A stretch of DNA of 64,000 nt from an uncultured virus (IMG/VR IMGVR_UViG_3300049489_000987) (taxonomy: Duplodnaviria > Heunggongvirae > Uroviricota > Caudoviricetes). The DNA is taken from the IMG/VR virus record IMGVR_UViG_3300049489_000987; one strand, given 5' to 3'. The number at the start of each line of letters is the position of its first letter. The stretch's first letter is position 1. The notes beneath the pieces are model-generated. The model was not told the origin of the DNA. It did not search any database and saw only the letters and a program-made list of their open reading frames with translations. Positions 60,245 through 64,000 of this stretch are shown here, piece by piece. The translations under genes and the position numbers were made by a program.

Positions 60245-61522
60245 CCTAAAGTTGCAAGAAAGTCCTTGCTTTTAAGCAATGGATGAATTGCTGAAAATTT
60301 TTTAATAAAACATCAACCATCATGATATAGTACTAACTACTACCCCAAGTCTCTTTATGTTAAAGACCTTTAAATACAGATTATATCCTGATAAAAAACA
60401 GCAGCAAATGCTTGCCAAAGCATTTGGCTGTGTTAGATTCGTTTACAATAACTCTTTAGGTCTTAAAAAAGAACTATATGATACTTATGGTATCAATATA
60501 TCTAGATTTAATCTAGATAAGCGTCTTGTTTCTTTAAAAGAAAGATTTAAGTTTCTTAAAGATCCTCCTTCTCAAGCTTTACAACAAGCTATCTTACATT
60601 TAGATACTGCCTATCAAAATTTTTATAATAAAACTGCTAAACCTCCTAAATTTAAGAATAGATATGATAGACAATCTTTCTCTTTACCTCAAAATGTTAA
60701 ATTAGACTTTAAGTCTTCCAAAGTATTTATCCCTAAATTAAAGTGGACTTTGGGTATTTTACATCGTAAAATACCTGTTGATGCAGTAATTAAAACTTGT
60801 ACTGTATCTAAAAATCCTTCTGGTAAGTACTTTATTTCTGTATTATTTGAAGATGGGCTGAAACAGCCCATCAAACAATTAGGTAAAGAGATAGGATTAG
60901 ATTTAGGTATAAAAGATCTTATAACTTTTTCTGATGGTTATAAAGAGAAGTCAGGTAAATTCTTAGATAAATATCTAAGTAAAGTTAAAATCTTATGTAA
61001 AAATATTTCTTTAAAGAATAAAGGATCTAAAAACAGAATTAAAGCAAGAATTAAATTAGCTAGAGTTTATGAAAAGATTACTAATTGTAGAGACGATCAA
61101 CTACATAAATTTTCTAAAAGAATAATAGACGAAAACCAAGTTATTTTTCTTGAAGATCTAAATGTAAAATCTATGATGGAAAAATCTGGAAGTAATCAAG
61201 CTAGAAACATCGGAGATGTTTCATGGAGAAAACTTATAGATATGTTAGTATATAAAGCGGAGCTTTATGGAAAATATGTCTTTAAAGTAGATCCTTATAA
61301 TACATCTAAAACATGTTCAAATTGTCTTAAAATTAAAGAAGATTTAACATTAAGTATAAGAACATGGCAATGTGAACATTGCCAAGCAGAACATGATAGA
61401 GATGTAAATGCAGCTAAAAATATTTTAAGAATAGGGCAGGAACTGCCCGAATATAAAAAATGCCTTGAAAGCAGCGAAGCTGCTTGATAGGAAGCTTCTA
61501 CTTTTAAGTAGAAGTAGTTCAC
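60245..61522 (+). mobile_element. IS200/IS605-family non-autonomous element (tnpB only)
   Basis: Left: TTAC (60241-44), AAAG guide (60259-62), bulged hairpin tccttgctt-tt-aagcaatgga; right: GAAG guide, hairpin cttctactt-tt-aagtagaag, end TCAC (61519-22); no tnpA inside. Confidence 0.8.
60357..61487 (+). CDS. tnpB: TnpB RNA-guided endonuclease
   Basis: KTFKYRLYP, FGCVRFVYN, RuvC GLDLG / LEDL / HDRDVNAA, zinc finger CSNC...CEHC. Confidence 0.93.
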   Translation: MLKTFKYRLYPDKKQQQMLAKAFGCVRFVYNNSLGLKKELYDTYGINISRFNLDKRLVSLKERFKFLKDPPSQALQQAILHLDTAYQNFYNKTAKPPKFKNRYDRQSFSLPQNVKLDFKSSKVFIPKLKWTLGILHRKIPVDAVIKTCTVSKNPSGKYFISVLFEDGLKQPIKQLGKEIGLDLGIKDLITFSDGYKEKSGKFLDKYLSKVKILCKNISLKNKGSKNRIKARIKLARVYEKITNCRDDQLHKFSKRIIDENQVIFLEDLNVKSMMEKSGSNQARNIGDVSWRKLIDMLVYKAELYGKYVFKVDPYNTSKTCSNCLKIKEDLTLSIRTWQCEHCQAEHDRDVNAAKNILRIGQELPEYKKCLESSEAA

Positions 61523-61607
61523 ATTTAAAGATTGCATTTTGGTAAAGAGTATTATTAATTGTATATCGACAATACTCTGAAGCTAAAAACAAAGCTAATA
61601 TTAACAT
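61523..61607 (-). pseudogene. 5' part of small ORF interrupted by the IS
   Basis: AAGGA RBS; MLILALFLASEY...AIFK; removing 60245..61522 continues in frame as CKELIAPLTFYYVLYH*. Confidence 0.5.
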
Positions 61608-61685
61608 AGATTCCTTTTAAAAAAGCAAATCACCAAGCATTAAAACAATTAGAAAAGATATCATTAACCAAATAAACATAATCAC

Positions 61686-61892
61686 CTAAAAGAATAAAAG
61701 TATAACAAGTATTGCCGAAAGGATACTAGATCCTATTAACAAACATGCTAAATATAAAAACAAAGCCATAGCAGATAATACTAAGTATGATTTGTTATTA
61801 TATATATCATATAAGTTCAAGTAAAACTTACCCAAACCCCTAAGATATAAAGCTGAAGTTAAAAAGAAAACACAAATAATAATATTAAGCAT
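61686..61892 (-). CDS. small two-TM membrane protein, paralogue A
   Basis: 68 aa hydrophobic; similar to 62058..62279. Confidence 0.6.
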   Translation of the reverse strand: MLNIIICVFFLTSALYLRGLGKFYLNLYDIYNNKSYLVLSAMALFLYLACLLIGSSILSAILVILLFF

Positions 61893-62057
61893 ACTTACTT
61901 CAAAAATGATAAGGAGTCATTGTTTTGTGATAATAGCATGAAAAACGTACATTGTATATGACCAGGCAATTGCAATAATAAGCAATAAATTAAAACTCAT
62001 CTTATTACCTTTAAGGTATAACAATTAGAAAAGATATCATTAACCAAGCAAACATAA

Positions 62058-62279
62058 TCACCTAAAAAACAAAAGTTTAACGAGTATCATTCCAAGAACA
62101 GAAGTTCCTGCTAATAAACAAAATATATATATTATTGCAAATAAACAAGCAACAATTAATAATGGTTTATATTTATCTTTATTGTATTCGTTTAAAAGAT
62201 ATTTAGCCATAAAGTTAAAGTAATGGGCTGAGGCAAAACATAATAAACACATAATGAAACACATAACAATACTAATCAT
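62058..62279 (-). CDS. small two-TM membrane protein, paralogue B
   Basis: 73 aa hydrophobic; 3' end and downstream sequence near-identical to paralogue A. Confidence 0.6.
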   Translation of the reverse strand: MISIVMCFIMCLLCFASAHYFNFMAKYLLNEYNKDKYKPLLIVACLFAIIYIFCLLAGTSVLGMILVKLLFFR

Positions 62280-62462
62280 ATATATTTTAAAGTAAATTTA
62301 ATTACCTTAACTCCATTTAGGGTTATTATAGGAATATCAAGAGCTGTTTTCTTCATCTTATCACCTACTACATTATGAAAGAGTAAATAAGAAATGAAGA
62401 AAGTAAAATTACACATAGTATACGTAAAGTCATATCTATATGCTTTTCATATAATTCAAACA

Positions 62463-63509
62463 TTATCTTATAACCTTTAAGTCATGAGGTTTAGACTCAT
62501 GCCAAGAAGCATTTGAAATTTTAATAAATTCAGGGTTTTCTTTTAGCCAATTTAAATTATTTACTCCCTGATAAGAACAACCTGATTGAATACCATCTAT
62601 TAATTTTTGCAATATAGATTTATATGATCCTTTAGGATTAACTAAAGCAGATACTCCTTCAACCCTACTTGTTTTATGAGTTGATGAACCTACATATTCT
62701 TTATATCGTATTCCATCAATAGTAATAAATGATCCTGGTGTTTCATCACATCCTGCAAATAAATTGCCTGACATAACTAAATCACCAAAACATAAACTCT
62801 TAACTACATCGCCAGCAGAAGTTACTCCACCATCAGCAATAATATACGTTTGCTGCCCTGTGCTTGCCTTTATAAAGCGTTTTGCTTCAAATACGTCCAT
62901 CAGTGCAGTTAATTGCGGAACCCCTGCTCCTGTTTCAATTCTTGTTGTGCAAGTGCTTCCTGCACCAATATTAACTTTAACAACATCAGCCCCTGCACTA
63001 TAAAGACAAACAGCTCCATCATAAGTAGCTACATTACCAGCTATGATTAAAGATTTATCTAATTTAGTTCTTTTATCATCAATAAAAGAAACCATTGATT
63101 CACACAATTTAGAATGACCATGAGCAACATCAATGCAAAAGATTTTAATACCTAATTCAAGGAATTTAGTAACTAGAACTTTGTCATTACTTTGCACGCC
63201 AACTGAAACCCCAACAAAATTAAAAATATCTTCACCATATAGTTCCTTTAATTCCTGTATAATCTTAATTTGATCTTCTACAGAATCAAATCTATGTAAA
63301 AGACTTAATCCTTTAGATTCATAGTTTGCCTTAATTAATTCAATTCCAGTAATAGTTTTCATATTAGCAGGAACCATAGGATGATTAAATGTAAATCCCC
63401 TTATCGAAACATCAGTTTTAATTTCACTTCTTGATTTAATATTAGAATATTTAGGAACTAATAATACATCAGAAAAAGTTATTCCGTTTTCAATAAATTT
63501 TGCAGTCAT
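62463..63509 (-). CDS. IMP dehydrogenase / GMP reductase family protein (no CBS domains)
   Basis: TFSDVLLVP, ANM, IDVAHGH, AGNVAT, IGAGSTCTTR, IIADGG, EGV; GGAG RBS. Confidence 0.88.
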   Translation of the reverse strand: MTAKFIENGITFSDVLLVPKYSNIKSRSEIKTDVSIRGFTFNHPMVPANMKTITGIELIKANYESKGLSLLHRFDSVEDQIKIIQELKELYGEDIFNFVGVSVGVQSNDKVLVTKFLELGIKIFCIDVAHGHSKLCESMVSFIDDKRTKLDKSLIIAGNVATYDGAVCLYSAGADVVKVNIGAGSTCTTRIETGAGVPQLTALMDVFEAKRFIKASTGQQTYIIADGGVTSAGDVVKSLCFGDLVMSGNLFAGCDETPGSFITIDGIRYKEYVGSSTHKTSRVEGVSALVNPKGSYKSILQKLIDGIQSGCSYQGVNNLNWLKENPEFIKISNASWHESKPHDLKVIR

Positions 63510-63553
63510 GTTTCGTCTCCGATAGCTATATATATCGTATATATGAGGAACTC

Positions 63554-63733
63554 ATGCCCAAAAGCATCATCGCCCTACTATTGATTGGTTGCTCAAGCTG
63601 TCTTAAAGAACCTAATACTGCTTTATGTAAAAATTACAGTAGCACTAAAATCTGCTTAGAAACAAAAGATAAAATAATTAACAATGACAAACCAGATGTA
63701 ATGTTAAAGATAGTGGTTAAAGTTAATTATTGA
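63554..63733 (+). CDS. small putative lipoprotein
   Basis: GAGG RBS, MPKSIIALLLIG-C lipobox-like. Confidence 0.55.
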   Translation: MPKSIIALLLIGCSSCLKEPNTALCKNYSSTKICLETKDKIINNDKPDVMLKIVVKVNY

Positions 63734-63741
63734 AAGGAAAT

Positions 63742-64000
63742 ATGTTAAAATATATAATTGTAATGTTATTAATGGGATGTTCAAGTTCATTTACTAATAA
63801 TGATGTACCACCTAAACCAACGCCAATAGTAACAGGTACAGATTATTGTGATGAAGCTGAAGCGAACTTAGTTAAGTTATCATGTGAAGATGCTAAACCA
63901 AGTCCTGATGGAAAATCATTTACTGAAGTTTGCAAAGAAACTCAGGCTAATGGTATTGCTTTAGATCCTGAATGTATAAGTAAAATTACTAACTGTGAAC
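63742..64000 (+). CDS. Cys-rich putative lipoprotein (3'-truncated, not in ORF track)
   Basis: AAGGA RBS; MLKYIIVMLLMG-CSSS...; open to window end. Confidence 0.6.
   Translation, partial: MLKYIIVMLLMGCSSSFTNNDVPPKPTPIVTGTDYCDEAEANLVKLSCEDAKPSPDGKSFTEVCKETQANGIALDPECISKITNCE

Noticed and set aside
360..63003. Short antisense ORFs inside long genes (e.g. 1202, 2297, 5526, 12991, 30093, 36854, 47095, 49975, 62764)
   Set aside because: Nested opposite well-supported genes, without recognisable motifs
1..64000. CRISPR array, rRNA or additional tRNAs
   Set aside because: No regularly spaced repeat-spacer structure, rRNA-like sequence or second cloverleaf found by eye

Overview
AT-rich, densely coded segment of a large (probably jumbo) contractile-tailed bacteriophage genome in the standard genetic code; the host cannot be determined from this window. 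Layout: (1) 1-19.3 kb baseplate/tail module (gp5-like, gp25-like, baseplate J-like, a 2330-aa LamG-type protein, a dockerin-motif protein); (2) a free-standing HNH endonuclease, three glycosyltransferases, an RmlB-like dehydratase and a tubulin/FtsZ-family GTPase; (3) replication, transcription and nucleotide genes (SF2 helicase, DnaC-like loader, DnaB, sigma factor, class II RNR with an HNH intein, PIN-PhoH with a class 3 intein, tRNA-Pro); (4) a fibre/esterase cassette followed by the scar of an apparent collapsed second copy; (5) a minus-strand accessory block; (6) a collagen/fibre module ending in tandem paralogues interrupted by a glycosyltransferase and radical SAM pair; (7) folA, thyA, an IS200/IS605-type TnpB element with both ends, a chain of tiny hydrophobic ORFs, an IMPDH/GMP-reductase gene and two lipoproteins. 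The most interesting candidate system is a phage-encoded virion decoration (glycosylation/radical SAM) pathway interleaved with structural genes. Product calls come from motifs recognised by eye; no database searches were run.
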